Assembly (NCBI GenBank): GCA_963803845.1
Contig: CAWDNZ010000004.1
Span: forward strand, 768,713 to 832,712
Source of the DNA: an uncultured Acidimicrobiales bacterium
Lineage (GTDB): Bacteria > Actinomycetota > Acidimicrobiia > Acidimicrobiales > SZUA-35
Length of the DNA stretch: 64,000 bases
Direction: 5' to 3'
In this document: positions 55,338-64,000 of the stretch, piece by piece
Layout: every line of letters starts with the position of its first letter
How positions within the stretch are numbered: position 1 is the first letter of the stretch
Position numbers and translations under genes: made by a program
Notes under the pieces: generated by a model
What the model was told of the DNA's origin: nothing
Database searches by the model: none
Seen by the model: the letters and a program-made list of their open reading frames with translations, nothing else

Positions 55338-56102
55338 CTACTGAGTTGGCGTCCGGTCGGCCTTGGCTTGGGCCCGTCGCACGGTCCGGACCCGCTCTTC
55401 TTCGATCACGGTAAAGCGAATGCCGCCGGTCAGATCGGAAATCAGATTGAAGATCACACTGACTAGAACCACCAGTACCGAAGACGCCAGCGTGAGGGTT
55501 GCGGCACTCACCAACGCCACTCGGAAGAGAGCGGACTGATCGATCGTGAACTCCTCCAACGAAGCAAGCTCGGCGATGAGGCTCTCGATGTTTTCCACGA
55601 CGCCAGCTAGCTCTGCAGCATTCCACACCAAAACGCTGGCGATCAGCAAAGCACCAAAGAGCACCATGTGAAAAATCACCGAGAAACGGAGCACCGACCA
55701 GGGATCGATATGGCGAACGACGCGCCGGACTTTGCGGGCCTTGAGCTTGGGCCGCCCGGAGGTTGACTCGATACGGAAGTCGATGAGGGCGGCGTCGTCA
55801 GGGGCCAGCCGTCGAGGCACGACCACTTGATCGCCACCCACGTGAATGATGGGGGGTGCGGTGGGGATGCCGGTGGAAACCACTGGTGGAAGCGTGGAGG
55901 GCGCGGCCTCGGCGATCACCTTTACCGGGGTGGAGGCACCACGGCCGGTATCCAGATCGATCACCGTCTCGAGCTCGGTGTCCGGGCCGAGACCACCGAG
56001 GTCGGCGGTGAAGAAGTCGTCGGTGGCGGGTTCGAAGCCCAAAGCCTGAACGAGATCGTCGTCGATAATCATCTCATCGGCAGCAGAGTTCGGCGGGACC
56101 AT
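55338..56102 (-). CDS. DUF3566 membrane protein (Rv0007-like)
   Basis: RKVRRVVRHIDPWSVLRFSVIFHMVLFGALLIASVLVWN plus a second TM. Conserved position between gyrA and tRNA-Ile. Confidence 0.75.
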   Translation of the reverse strand: MVPPNSAADEMIIDDDLVQALGFEPATDDFFTADLGGLGPDTELETVIDLDTGRGASTPVKVIAEAAPSTLPPVVSTGIPTAPPIIHVGGDQVVVPRRLAPDDAALIDFRIESTSGRPKLKARKVRRVVRHIDPWSVLRFSVIFHMVLFGALLIASVLVWNAAELAGVVENIESLIAELASLEEFTIDQSALFRVALVSAATLTLASSVLVVLVSVIFNLISDLTGGIRFTVIEEERVRTVRRAQAKADRTPTQ

Positions 56103-56147
56103 ACAGCGCCATACGATAGTTGCTTCGGCGGCGAATGGACGGCACCC

Positions 56148-56696
56148 CTACTCAGCTGGGCGAATCTGCCTCTCCGCGGCCGCTGTTGCCTGCACCCCGA
56201 AGGCCTCCACCGTCACTTCCACGGCATTTCCATTCTCGCGATAGCTCACCACTTCGGCACCGTTGGCCATGGCGATCTCTGCCGCCGCGCCCGCGCCCTC
56301 GGCCGCGCCCGCCAGCGCAACAGCATCGGCGAATGACTGAGCCTTCGCCCGTTCGCTGGCGCGAGCGGAGACTCCGACAACCAGCACAGCACACAGCACC
56401 GCCACCGCCACCCACAGAGCGAAGGCGGGCAGAAACACGCCTCGCTCCGTGCTGTAATTCCCTCCGGGGGCCGTTCCGCCGGCCACGGAGGCCTCGCCTC
56501 CGGCGCTGGCAACAGACCCCCGGCAACTGATGGGAGCCGTTCCGCCGGCCACGGAGGCCTCGCCTCCGGCGCTGGCAACAGACCCCCGGCAACTGATGGG
56601 AGCCGTTCCGCCGGCCACGGAGGCCTCGCCTCCGGCGCTGGCAACAGACCCCTGGTAAGTGCTGGCGTGACTACACAACGACCCCGGCAAAAGCAT
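56148..56696 (-). CDS. Hypothetical membrane protein, TadE/Rv3654c-like C-terminal half; N-terminus built from 66-bp repeats
   Basis: ..TERGVFLPAFALWVAVAVLCAVLVVGVSARASERAKAQSFADAVALAGA...NGAEVV...VEVTV resembles Rv3654c-type TadE-like proteins. The true start is unclear: the only ATG is upstream of the repeats. Confidence 0.4.
   Translation of the reverse strand: MLLPGSLCSHASTYQGSVASAGGEASVAGGTAPISCRGSVASAGGEASVAGGTAPISCRGSVASAGGEASVAGGTAPGGNYSTERGVFLPAFALWVAVAVLCAVLVVGVSARASERAKAQSFADAVALAGAAEGAGAAAEIAMANGAEVVSYRENGNAVEVTVEAFGVQATAAAERQIRPAE
56471..56653. repeat. 66-bp tandem repeat x2.8 sharing the core of the palindromic repeat family
   Basis: Identical units start at 56471, 56537 and 56603. 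Reverse complement ..TCTGTTGCCAGCGCCGGAGGCGAGGCCTCCGTGGCCGGCGGAACGG aligns with TCTGTTGCAGCGCCGGAGGCGGAGCCTCCGTGGCGCTTGAACGG at 4303-4346. Confidence 0.9.
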
Positions 56697-56725
56697 GTAT
56701 ATAAATTACAATGGTTTTCGCTTGT

Positions 56726-59365
56726 TTACTCTAGGTCGTCGTCGCTGTCGTCATCATCACTTCCGTTATCGATGTCGTCATCAAAGCCATCGTCGTCGGG
56801 ACCATCGTCGTCGTACAGGTCGTCGGGAACCACTTCGCTGGTGTCGATGATCGGGAGCGCGTTGCCATCGATCTCATCAGCGTCTTCCTCGACCGGCGAA
56901 TCCAAGATCCTCGCTACCGCAGAGATCTGATCGGAAGAGCTGAGGCTCATCACGGTGACCCCGGTGGCATCACGCCCCTGCTGTGAAACACCGTCCACGC
57001 GGAGCCGAATGACAACGCCGCCGGTGGAGATCAGCATGACTTGATCGGCCTCGGTGACAAACATTGCGCCGACCACCAGACCCTTCTTGTCATTCACCTT
57101 GACCGCCCGTACGCCCAAACCAGCCCGGTTCTTGGGTGTGAAGAGATCAGGATCCACCCGCTTGCCGAAGCCCTCGTTGGTGATCACCAAGAGTTTGGCT
57201 TCCGGGTGATACACGTCCATGGAGACCAGACGGTCGCCGGGACGGAACTTCATGCCCCGAACGCCGGCCGCCGTGCGACCCATCGCTCGCACTTGGTCCT
57301 CCTTGAAGCGGAGGGCCTGACCCTTTTCCGAGACCATGAAGATGTCATGAACGCCATTGGTCGCCACGACGTCCACAAGCTCGTCGCCATCATTGAGCTT
57401 GATGGCCCGTAGCCCGGCTTTCAGATTGGAGTCATAGGCGTTGAAGACCGTCTTCTTCACCCGACCCATCCGAGTAGCGAAAAACAGATATTTGCTGGTC
57501 TCGTAATCCCGGGTGTCGATGATCGCCTGGATCTTCTCCTCTTTCTCCAACTGAAGAAGATTCACCAACGCCATCCCCCGCGAGGTCCGGCTGCTCGGCG
57601 GAATCTGGTATGCCTTGATCCGGTACACCTTTCCAAGGTTGGAGAAGAACAGCAGATAGGCATAAGCCGAGGTCTGCAGCAGATGCGTGATCAGGTCGTC
57701 ATCGTCGTCTTTGAGCTTGGCGCCGGTAACACCACGACCGCCACGGGCTTGAGCCCGGAACTCGTCCACCGAAACCGCTTTCACATACCCCGACGCCGTC
57801 AACGTGATGATGACTTCTTCGTCATCGATCAGATCCTCGATCGCCATCTCCCCGGGGTCATCCTGGAGGATGCTCATGCGAGGCGTGGCGAACTCGTCTT
57901 TGATCTCTTGCAGCTCTTCCTTGATCACCGAATCTCGCCGTACCGGATCGGCCAGAATGGCCTCCAGTTCGACGATCTCGGCCGCCAGTTGGGCGAGTTC
58001 CTCTTCGAGATTGATTCGAGCGAGACGAGTAAGCCGTCCCAACTGCATGTCGAGGATGGCATCGGCCTGAATGGGGCTGAACGAGAAAGGTTCGGCTTCG
58101 AGTCCGGCCCTGGCATCGGGCCGATCATCGGACGCCCGAATGAGGGCAATGATCTCGTCCAACACATCGCGAGCCCGAATGAGGCCTTCAAGGACGTGCG
58201 AACGATGCTTCTTCTTGTCCAGCCGGAACTGCGTACGCCGGGTGATGACCTCTCGCTGATGGTCTACATAGGCCACCAGCAACTCACGGAGATTCAGCGT
58301 GCGCGGCACACCATCCACCAACGCCACCATGTTGGCCGAAAACGTGCTCTGCATCGGAGTGAATTTGAACAAGTTGTTCAGCACCACACTGGGAGTGGCG
58401 TCTCTCTTGAGATCGAACACCAGGCGGGTGACCTCACCCGAGGACTCGTTTCGGATCTCCCGGATGCCATCCAAATCGCCCCGTTCCACGATCTCGGCAG
58501 CCTTACGAGCAATTTGCTCCACCGAAGTCTGGTACGGAATCTCGGTGACCACGATCTGATCGGGACCGCTCTTTGGCTCCACTACCTCTGCAACCGCTCG
58601 CATCTTGACGCTGCCCTTGCCAGTGGTGTAGGCGTCATAGATACCGGAACGGCCCAGGATGAGAGCACCGGTAGGGAAATCGGGGGCGAGGATGAACTGA
58701 TGAAGATCCACCGGGGTGGCGTCGGGATTATCGATCAGGTGAATCGTGGCGTCGATCGTTTCACCGAGGTTGTGCGGAGGAATGTTGGTGGCCATGCCAA
58801 CTGCGATTCCCTGACTGCCATTTACCAACAGATTGGGGAAACGAGACGGCAACACGGTTGGCTCGTCCTTCTTGCCATCGAAGTTATCCACCAGATCCAC
58901 GGTGTCTTCTTCGATGCTGGCCACCATCTGCATCGCCAACTTGGTGAGCCTGCACTCGGTGTAGCGGTAAGCGGCCGGCGGGAACTCGGGCGAACCGAAG
59001 TTTCCGTGAGGGTCCACCAGCGTGTGCCGGAGAGAGAAGTCCTGACCCATGCGAACCATGGCCTCGTAGATTGCCGAGTCACCGTGGGGGTGGTAGTTAC
59101 CGATCACAGAGCCCACCACGGTGGCGCACTTCACGTGACTCCGGGCCGGCGTGTGACCACCGTCGAACATGGCCCAGAGGATCCGGCGGTGGACCGGTTT
59201 TAGACCATCCCGGGCGTCGGGCAAGGCACGAGCCACGATGACGGACATGGCGTACTCGAGGAACGAGGCCTCCATCTCATCTTGGATATCGATTGGCTCG
59301 ATGCCTGGGGGTAGTTCGCCGATTTCCAGGTCTACGGGCGGATCGTTGGGGGGAAGGTCGGTCAT
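56726..59365 (-). CDS. gyrA: DNA gyrase subunit A (with strongly acidic C-terminal tail)
   Basis: EMEASFLEYAMSVIVARALPDARDGLKPVHRRILW, and the active-site Tyr context AYRYTE. The tail reads DDDGPDDDGFDDDIDNGSDDDDSDDDLE. Confidence 0.97.
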   Translation of the reverse strand: MTDLPPNDPPVDLEIGELPPGIEPIDIQDEMEASFLEYAMSVIVARALPDARDGLKPVHRRILWAMFDGGHTPARSHVKCATVVGSVIGNYHPHGDSAIYEAMVRMGQDFSLRHTLVDPHGNFGSPEFPPAAYRYTECRLTKLAMQMVASIEEDTVDLVDNFDGKKDEPTVLPSRFPNLLVNGSQGIAVGMATNIPPHNLGETIDATIHLIDNPDATPVDLHQFILAPDFPTGALILGRSGIYDAYTTGKGSVKMRAVAEVVEPKSGPDQIVVTEIPYQTSVEQIARKAAEIVERGDLDGIREIRNESSGEVTRLVFDLKRDATPSVVLNNLFKFTPMQSTFSANMVALVDGVPRTLNLRELLVAYVDHQREVITRRTQFRLDKKKHRSHVLEGLIRARDVLDEIIALIRASDDRPDARAGLEAEPFSFSPIQADAILDMQLGRLTRLARINLEEELAQLAAEIVELEAILADPVRRDSVIKEELQEIKDEFATPRMSILQDDPGEMAIEDLIDDEEVIITLTASGYVKAVSVDEFRAQARGGRGVTGAKLKDDDDDLITHLLQTSAYAYLLFFSNLGKVYRIKAYQIPPSSRTSRGMALVNLLQLEKEEKIQAIIDTRDYETSKYLFFATRMGRVKKTVFNAYDSNLKAGLRAIKLNDGDELVDVVATNGVHDIFMVSEKGQALRFKEDQVRAMGRTAAGVRGMKFRPGDRLVSMDVYHPEAKLLVITNEGFGKRVDPDLFTPKNRAGLGVRAVKVNDKKGLVVGAMFVTEADQVMLISTGGVVIRLRVDGVSQQGRDATGVTVMSLSSSDQISAVARILDSPVEEDADEIDGNALPIIDTSEVVPDDLYDDDGPDDDGFDDDIDNGSDDDDSDDDLE

Positions 59366-59383
59366 TTTCGAATCGCTCCGGGG

Positions 59384-61393
59384 CTAGATATCGAGGAAAC
59401 GCACGTCGTCGGCGTTGCTCTGAATGAACTTCTTGCGGCTCTCCACGTCCTCGCCCATCAATACGGCAAAGACTTCGTCGGCTTTGACGGCGGTCTCCAC
59501 GCTGATCTGCAGCAGGGTTCGCTGTTCAGCGTCCATGGTGGTGTCACGGAGTTCGGCGAAGTCCATTTCGCCGAGCCCCTTGAGCCGCTGAAATTCGGCC
59601 TTGGGGTGCTCCAACTTGTAGGTATCGCGGGCTTTCTCGTCCTTCAGGTAAATCTTCGACTTTCCTACTTCGGTGCTGAACAATGGCGGCTGGGCAACAT
59701 AGATGTAACCGGCATCGACCATGGGGCGCATTTGCCGGAACAGAAAGGTGAGCAACAGGGTTCGAATATGTGATCCGTCCACATCGGCGTCGGCCAGAAT
59801 AATAATCTTGTGATAACGCGCCTTTTCGACCTCGAACTCTTCGCCAATGCCGGCCCCCACCGCCTGGATCAGCGAGATAACCTCGGTGTTCTTGAACATG
59901 CGAGCCGGTTGCGCCCGCTCTACGTTGAGAATCTTGCCGCGGATCGGCAGAATCGCCATCGTGCGCGGATCGCGAGCCTTGATTGCGGTCCCGCCGGCGG
60001 AATTTCCCTCCACGATGAACAATTCAGACTCACTGGGGTCCTTGCTCTGACAGTCGGCCAGCTTTCCGGGCAAACCCGCTCCATCTAGCGCCGACTTCCG
60101 ACGAATCGTTTGACGGGCGTTCATGGCCGCGATCCGGCCCTTTTGGGCCATCAAGGCCTTGGCCAAGGTGGCCTTGGCTTCCCGGGGATGTTCCTCTAAC
60201 CACTCGGTCAGGCGCTCGTTGGTGGCCTTGGTCACGAGGGAACGAACCGAGACGTTCCCGAGCTTGGACTTTGTCTGCCCCTCGAACTGCGGTTCTGCCA
60301 GACGAACCGAGATGATCGCCGTCATACCCTCCCGGATATCCTCACCCTGAAGATTTTCGTCCTTTTCTTTCAAGAGATTGTGGGAGCGGGCGTAGGCGTT
60401 GATCGTTCGAGTGAGAGCGGATCGAAACCCCTCTTCGTGCATTCCGCCTTCTGTGGTAGAGATCCCATTGGCAAAACTGAAAATACCATCACTCTGATAG
60501 CCCGTATTCCACGAAAAGGCGATCTCTACTTCCTCGGCGTCGCCTTCCTCGTTGAAATACCCGATTTCCTCGTAAAGGGCCTCTTTGTGGGAATTGAGAT
60601 AGCGAACGAAGTCCTTGATACCGCCGTCATAGCGGAACGTGGCCACCTCGAGGCTGGGATCGCGCTCGTCAGTTACCCTGAACTCCAGCCCGGCATTGAG
60701 AAACGCCATGGTCTGGAACCGATCGAGGAGCGTCTTGCGGACAAAGGTGGTGCCCTCTTTAAAGATGGAGGGATCGGGCCAGAACCGCACAATCGTGCCT
60801 GTACGAGGTGACCCATCCTCACCAACAGGTGAGTCACCCTGGACGCGAAGTGGGTCATCCGGCAAACCACCATCCTTAAATGACATGTAATGGCGGACAC
60901 CTTTTCGATCTATTTCTACCTCGACGCGCTCAGAAAGGGCGTTGACAACCGAAACACCCACACCATGAAGACCGCCAGAAACCTTGTATCCTTCGCCGCC
61001 AAACTTGCCGCCCGCGTGGAGTACCGTGAGCACAACCTCGGCGGCGGACAGACCCGGATACTTCTCGTGGGCGTCAACCGGGATGCCGCGGCCATCGTCG
61101 ATTACTTCAACCCCGCCACTCTCCAGGAGCCGCACGTCGATGACGCTGCAGAACCCGGCCATCGCCTCATCGACGGCGTTGTCGACTACCTCCCACACCA
61201 AGTGATGCAACCCGGTGGCGCCGGTGGATCCGATATACATGCCGGGTCGTTTCCGGACCGCCTCGAGCCCTTCAAGAACCTGGATGTCCTTGGCACCGTA
61301 GTCAGCCGAAGCCGCTCCGATACCCGAGCCTGAACCATTGGATTGGCCTGCCGGAGGTGTGCTGATTTCCGCGTCAAGATCTGAATTTGTCAA
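59384..61393 (-). CDS. gyrB: DNA gyrase subunit B
   Basis: YGAKDIQVLEGLEAVRKRPGMYIGSTG, GLHHLVWEVVDNAVDE, EGNSAGG, PLRGKILNVE. Confidence 0.97.
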   Translation of the reverse strand: MTNSDLDAEISTPPAGQSNGSGSGIGAASADYGAKDIQVLEGLEAVRKRPGMYIGSTGATGLHHLVWEVVDNAVDEAMAGFCSVIDVRLLESGGVEVIDDGRGIPVDAHEKYPGLSAAEVVLTVLHAGGKFGGEGYKVSGGLHGVGVSVVNALSERVEVEIDRKGVRHYMSFKDGGLPDDPLRVQGDSPVGEDGSPRTGTIVRFWPDPSIFKEGTTFVRKTLLDRFQTMAFLNAGLEFRVTDERDPSLEVATFRYDGGIKDFVRYLNSHKEALYEEIGYFNEEGDAEEVEIAFSWNTGYQSDGIFSFANGISTTEGGMHEEGFRSALTRTINAYARSHNLLKEKDENLQGEDIREGMTAIISVRLAEPQFEGQTKSKLGNVSVRSLVTKATNERLTEWLEEHPREAKATLAKALMAQKGRIAAMNARQTIRRKSALDGAGLPGKLADCQSKDPSESELFIVEGNSAGGTAIKARDPRTMAILPIRGKILNVERAQPARMFKNTEVISLIQAVGAGIGEEFEVEKARYHKIIILADADVDGSHIRTLLLTFLFRQMRPMVDAGYIYVAQPPLFSTEVGKSKIYLKDEKARDTYKLEHPKAEFQRLKGLGEMDFAELRDTTMDAEQRTLLQISVETAVKADEVFAVLMGEDVESRKKFIQSNADDVRFLDI

Positions 61394-61421
61394 GGCGTAT
61401 ATTCTACCATTTTGTGGGGCC

Positions 61422-61727
61422 CTACTGGTGCCGCTGGCGCACCTGAATTCGCTTCACTGCGACCCCGGGAAATAGGTCCTCAACCGAGCTCCGAATCGGT
61501 TGCTCCATCCACTTCAACTGCGCCGCCCAGGTGGGATCGTCACAGCTAATAGCGAGCACTCCATCAACCAGTGACACAGGTCGCGAGACTTCGCCGAGTT
61601 GAGGGCCCACGATCTCGCTCCATCTCTGGTGGAGGCCGGTAAGCGTGTCCACCGGAGCGGACTTGAGGTGGCGCATGTAGCGGTCCATCGCCTGCCGAAG
61701 CGGGATGCCGACGGTGGGCTCATCCAT
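61422..61727 (-). CDS. DUF721 (DciA-like) protein
   Basis: LHQRWSEIVGPQLGEVSRPVSLVDGVLAISCDDPTWAAQLKWM pattern. Conserved position between recF and gyrB. The ATG at 61727 overlaps the recF stop by 8 nt. Confidence 0.75.
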   Translation of the reverse strand: MDEPTVGIPLRQAMDRYMRHLKSAPVDTLTGLHQRWSEIVGPQLGEVSRPVSLVDGVLAISCDDPTWAAQLKWMEQPIRSSVEDLFPGVAVKRIQVRQRHQ

Positions 61728-62838
61728 CGGTGAGAACCTCAGCAATCTGCTCCGGTTCTGTGTCCAGGGTGGTGAGATTGATGATCGGGAAACGGACGAT
61801 GGCATCGGGGCGAACGGAGGCGGGAAGCTCGGTGGCACTGGTGATCAGTGTCTGTCCGATGGGAAGGTTGGTGAGCAGCGCTGTTGCCCGATCCTCATCG
61901 AGTTCGGACAGGACATCGTCGAGCAGTAAAAGCGGTGGTTCCTTCACATGCTCGGTCACCAGTTCGTGACCGGCAAACCGCAGCGCCAGCGCCAGCGTGC
62001 GCTGCTCCCCCTGACTGGCCTCGGTTCGGGAATCAAACTCGTTGATGCGCAAGGAAACCTCGTCACGGTGTGGTCCCATCGACGTAGTAGAGCGAGCGAG
62101 GTCGTTTGCTCTAGACGCCTGCACCGCCTCCAGCATCGCGTCCGTTTCCCAGGACCGCCGATAACTCGCCACCACTGAACACTCGGTGCCGGCCAGCAGT
62201 GTGTAGGCGTTGGCCACTCGGGGCATCAGAGCGCTCAGAACGTGCTCCCGAAGATACGTCAACCGCTCCCCCAGGCCAGCCAACTGCGTGTCATACACAT
62301 CGAGAGTGAGTTCGGCCGCATCATCCAGCCAACCCCTGGCCTGTTTCAGCAAGGTATTTCGTTGCTTCACCACCCGTGCATAATCGGCAAGCACCGCATC
62401 GTTGCGCGGGTCCAAGGCGATGAGAAGGTCATCTAAGTATTCGCGTCTTACCGAAGGGCCATCCTTGATAAGCAACAGATCATCAGGTGCGAACACCGTG
62501 ACCCGGAGCGCCCCCAACAGATCCCGGTTTCGTTGAAGCCGCTGTTTATTCACAAAGACCGTGGATCGACCCGAACTCAGTTCAAGCTCGATAAGCACAT
62601 CTCGGCCATCACGCTCCCCTTTTGCTCGCACGATCGCGCGGGGCTGGTCCCGGCGTAGCAGACGCTCGTTGGGTACGCCGCGGAACGAACGCAGCCGCGA
62701 CAAGACCCCGATGGCCTCCAACAGGTTGGTCTTACCCGAGCCGTTGGGACCGATGACAGCGGTGAGGCCCTCGGAGAACGTAAGTGACAGGTCCGCGTGT
62801 GAGCGGAAGTCGGTGAGCCATATCTGGTGGAGTTTCAC
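61720..62838 (-). CDS. recF: DNA replication and repair protein RecF
   Basis: L.DFRSH..L.L.F..GLTAVIGPNGSGKTNLLEAI, and LLLLDDVLSELD. Confidence 0.95.
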   Translation of the reverse strand: MKLHQIWLTDFRSHADLSLTFSEGLTAVIGPNGSGKTNLLEAIGVLSRLRSFRGVPNERLLRRDQPRAIVRAKGERDGRDVLIELELSSGRSTVFVNKQRLQRNRDLLGALRVTVFAPDDLLLIKDGPSVRREYLDDLLIALDPRNDAVLADYARVVKQRNTLLKQARGWLDDAAELTLDVYDTQLAGLGERLTYLREHVLSALMPRVANAYTLLAGTECSVVASYRRSWETDAMLEAVQASRANDLARSTTSMGPHRDEVSLRINEFDSRTEASQGEQRTLALALRFAGHELVTEHVKEPPLLLLDDVLSELDEDRATALLTNLPIGQTLITSATELPASVRPDAIVRFPIINLTTLDTEPEQIAEVLTDG

Positions 62839-62850
62839 CAGCTGGCACTA

Positions 62851-63948
62851 CTACGACACCCGGACGGGCATCAAGAGGTAGAGAAAGTCCTCGGCTACCG
62901 GTGAACGCAGCAGCGCCGGCTTCAATTCGTCGATGGTGTTGAGGGTGATGTGGTCACCGGGGGCAACCTCAAGTCCTTCGCGAAGGAACTGCGGATTGAA
63001 GGCGATGGTGAGGTCGGTCCCGTCATAGGTGCCCTCGACATTCTCTTGGGCTGACCCGACGTCCTGGGCGATCGCAGCAAGTTGCAGGCCCTCAGATGAC
63101 ATTTGCAGACGGACTGGTGTGTTGTCCTTAGCTAGCAGACTCACCCGCTTGAGCGCTTCTAGGAGTGCCGTACGCTCGATGGTAAGAGTGTTGGGATGGT
63201 GATCCGGGATAAGGCCACGGTAATTGGGGAACGTTCCCTCGAGCAGCCGGGTGGACAGGCGAGCACCGGGAACCTCGAATCGGGCTTCACTTTCGCCCAT
63301 GTGCATGCGCACGCTATCGCCCCGCTTGAGGAGGCGGTTGAGCTCGCTGAGAGCCCTGCTGGGGATGAGGGCGCTGCTGGCCGATCCCAAGACCTCGGCG
63401 GCGCCAGGGATATCCCGCATCGCTAGCCGATAGGAATCGGTGGCGACCAGGCGCAGCCCTCCGTCTTCGTTGGAGGCATACACACCGGTGAGCACCGGAC
63501 GCGAGTCATCACCGCTGGCGGCGGTGACCACTTGACGGAAGGCGTCGACAAGAGCGTCGGCAGGGAGTTCGATGAACTGGTCGTCGGCTTCGCTCAACGA
63601 TGGGAACTCATTGGCGGAGATCAAACGGATGCTGAACTCGCTGCGTCCCGAAGCAATCAACAATTCGTCATCCTCAGCCGAACAACTGACCGCACCAGGA
63701 GGAAGTGATTTCACAATGCTCTCAGCCAACTTGGCCGGGATTACGATACGACCGTCGCTTTGTCCACTCACCTGAATTTGCGCGGAGATCGTGAGGTCGA
63801 GGTCGGATCCGGTGAGGTCTAGCCGGTCACCGGTAAGGGTGGCTTGGATACCAGAGAGCCCCAAACTTCCGCTCGAGGAACCTACGGCTCGGCCCGCAAC
63901 GCTGAGCGCTTCGGTAAGGGCATCTCGTTCACACCGAAACTTCATCAT
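62851..63948 (-). CDS. dnaN: DNA polymerase III beta sliding clamp
   Basis: MKFRCERDALTEALSVAGRAV N-terminus, 365 aa, three-domain length, position upstream of recF. Confidence 0.95.
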   Translation of the reverse strand: MMKFRCERDALTEALSVAGRAVGSSSGSLGLSGIQATLTGDRLDLTGSDLDLTISAQIQVSGQSDGRIVIPAKLAESIVKSLPPGAVSCSAEDDELLIASGRSEFSIRLISANEFPSLSEADDQFIELPADALVDAFRQVVTAASGDDSRPVLTGVYASNEDGGLRLVATDSYRLAMRDIPGAAEVLGSASSALIPSRALSELNRLLKRGDSVRMHMGESEARFEVPGARLSTRLLEGTFPNYRGLIPDHHPNTLTIERTALLEALKRVSLLAKDNTPVRLQMSSEGLQLAAIAQDVGSAQENVEGTYDGTDLTIAFNPQFLREGLEVAPGDHITLNTIDELKPALLRSPVAEDFLYLLMPVRVS

Positions 63949-64000
63949 CTCCCATTTCTGTCTGTTGAATGTCTAACCGGCCCGAGGGACCTTCTGCAAC

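Noticed and set aside
63949-64000. Start of the dnaA-dnaN intergenic region (expected oriC).
   Set aside because: Only 52 bp are in the window and no DnaA-box 9-mer is visible in them, so oriC cannot be called from this sequence.

Overview
High-GC (about 60%+) Actinomycetota chromosomal segment next to the replication origin. The right end carries dnaN-recF-DUF721(DciA-like)-gyrB-gyrA-DUF3566-tRNA-Ile on the minus strand, so dnaA/oriC should lie just beyond 64000. Further in lies the conserved actinobacterial cell-wall signalling cluster (fhaA / fhaB-pstP-rodA-pbpA-pknB, crgA, trpG). The rest is mostly housekeeping: prfC, aroC, pheA, pyrE, rpmB-rpmG, thiolase, Ni-SOD sodN with its maturation protease, and 7 tRNAs. 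I saw no rRNA, CRISPR array, integrase or transposase. The best candidate for an undescribed system is a three-gene minus-strand module at 15927-20910. It encodes a minimal CHAT (caspase-like) protease, translationally coupled to a C92 permuted-papain amidase, followed by a 1085-1125 aa SARP-wHTH/BTAD + AAA_16-like NTPase (Walker A lysine lost) + TPR protein. One side is bounded by a repeat element and the other by a strong hairpin. A second theme is a previously unrecognised repeat family. It comprises two ~330-bp long imperfect palindromes (3917-4260, 21089-21412), a solo arm abutting tRNA-Ala, a 60-bp tandem array (20985-21121), and a 66-bp in-frame tandem array inside an ORF just downstream of gyrA (56471-56653) that shares the same ~45-nt core. 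Other points: a perfect 15-bp x11 in-frame VNTR in a DEAD-box helicase; a frameshifted M16 peptidase; a DnaA-box cluster in a convergent spacer; DnaA boxes plus a sigma-28-type promoter in front of a FliA/WhiG sigma gene; an orphan SPPY DNA methyltransferase beside tRNA-Arg; and a five-gene DUF4129/MoxR/DUF58 module joined by four consecutive 4-nt start/stop overlaps. All calls come from reading the sequence and ORF translations; no database search was possible.
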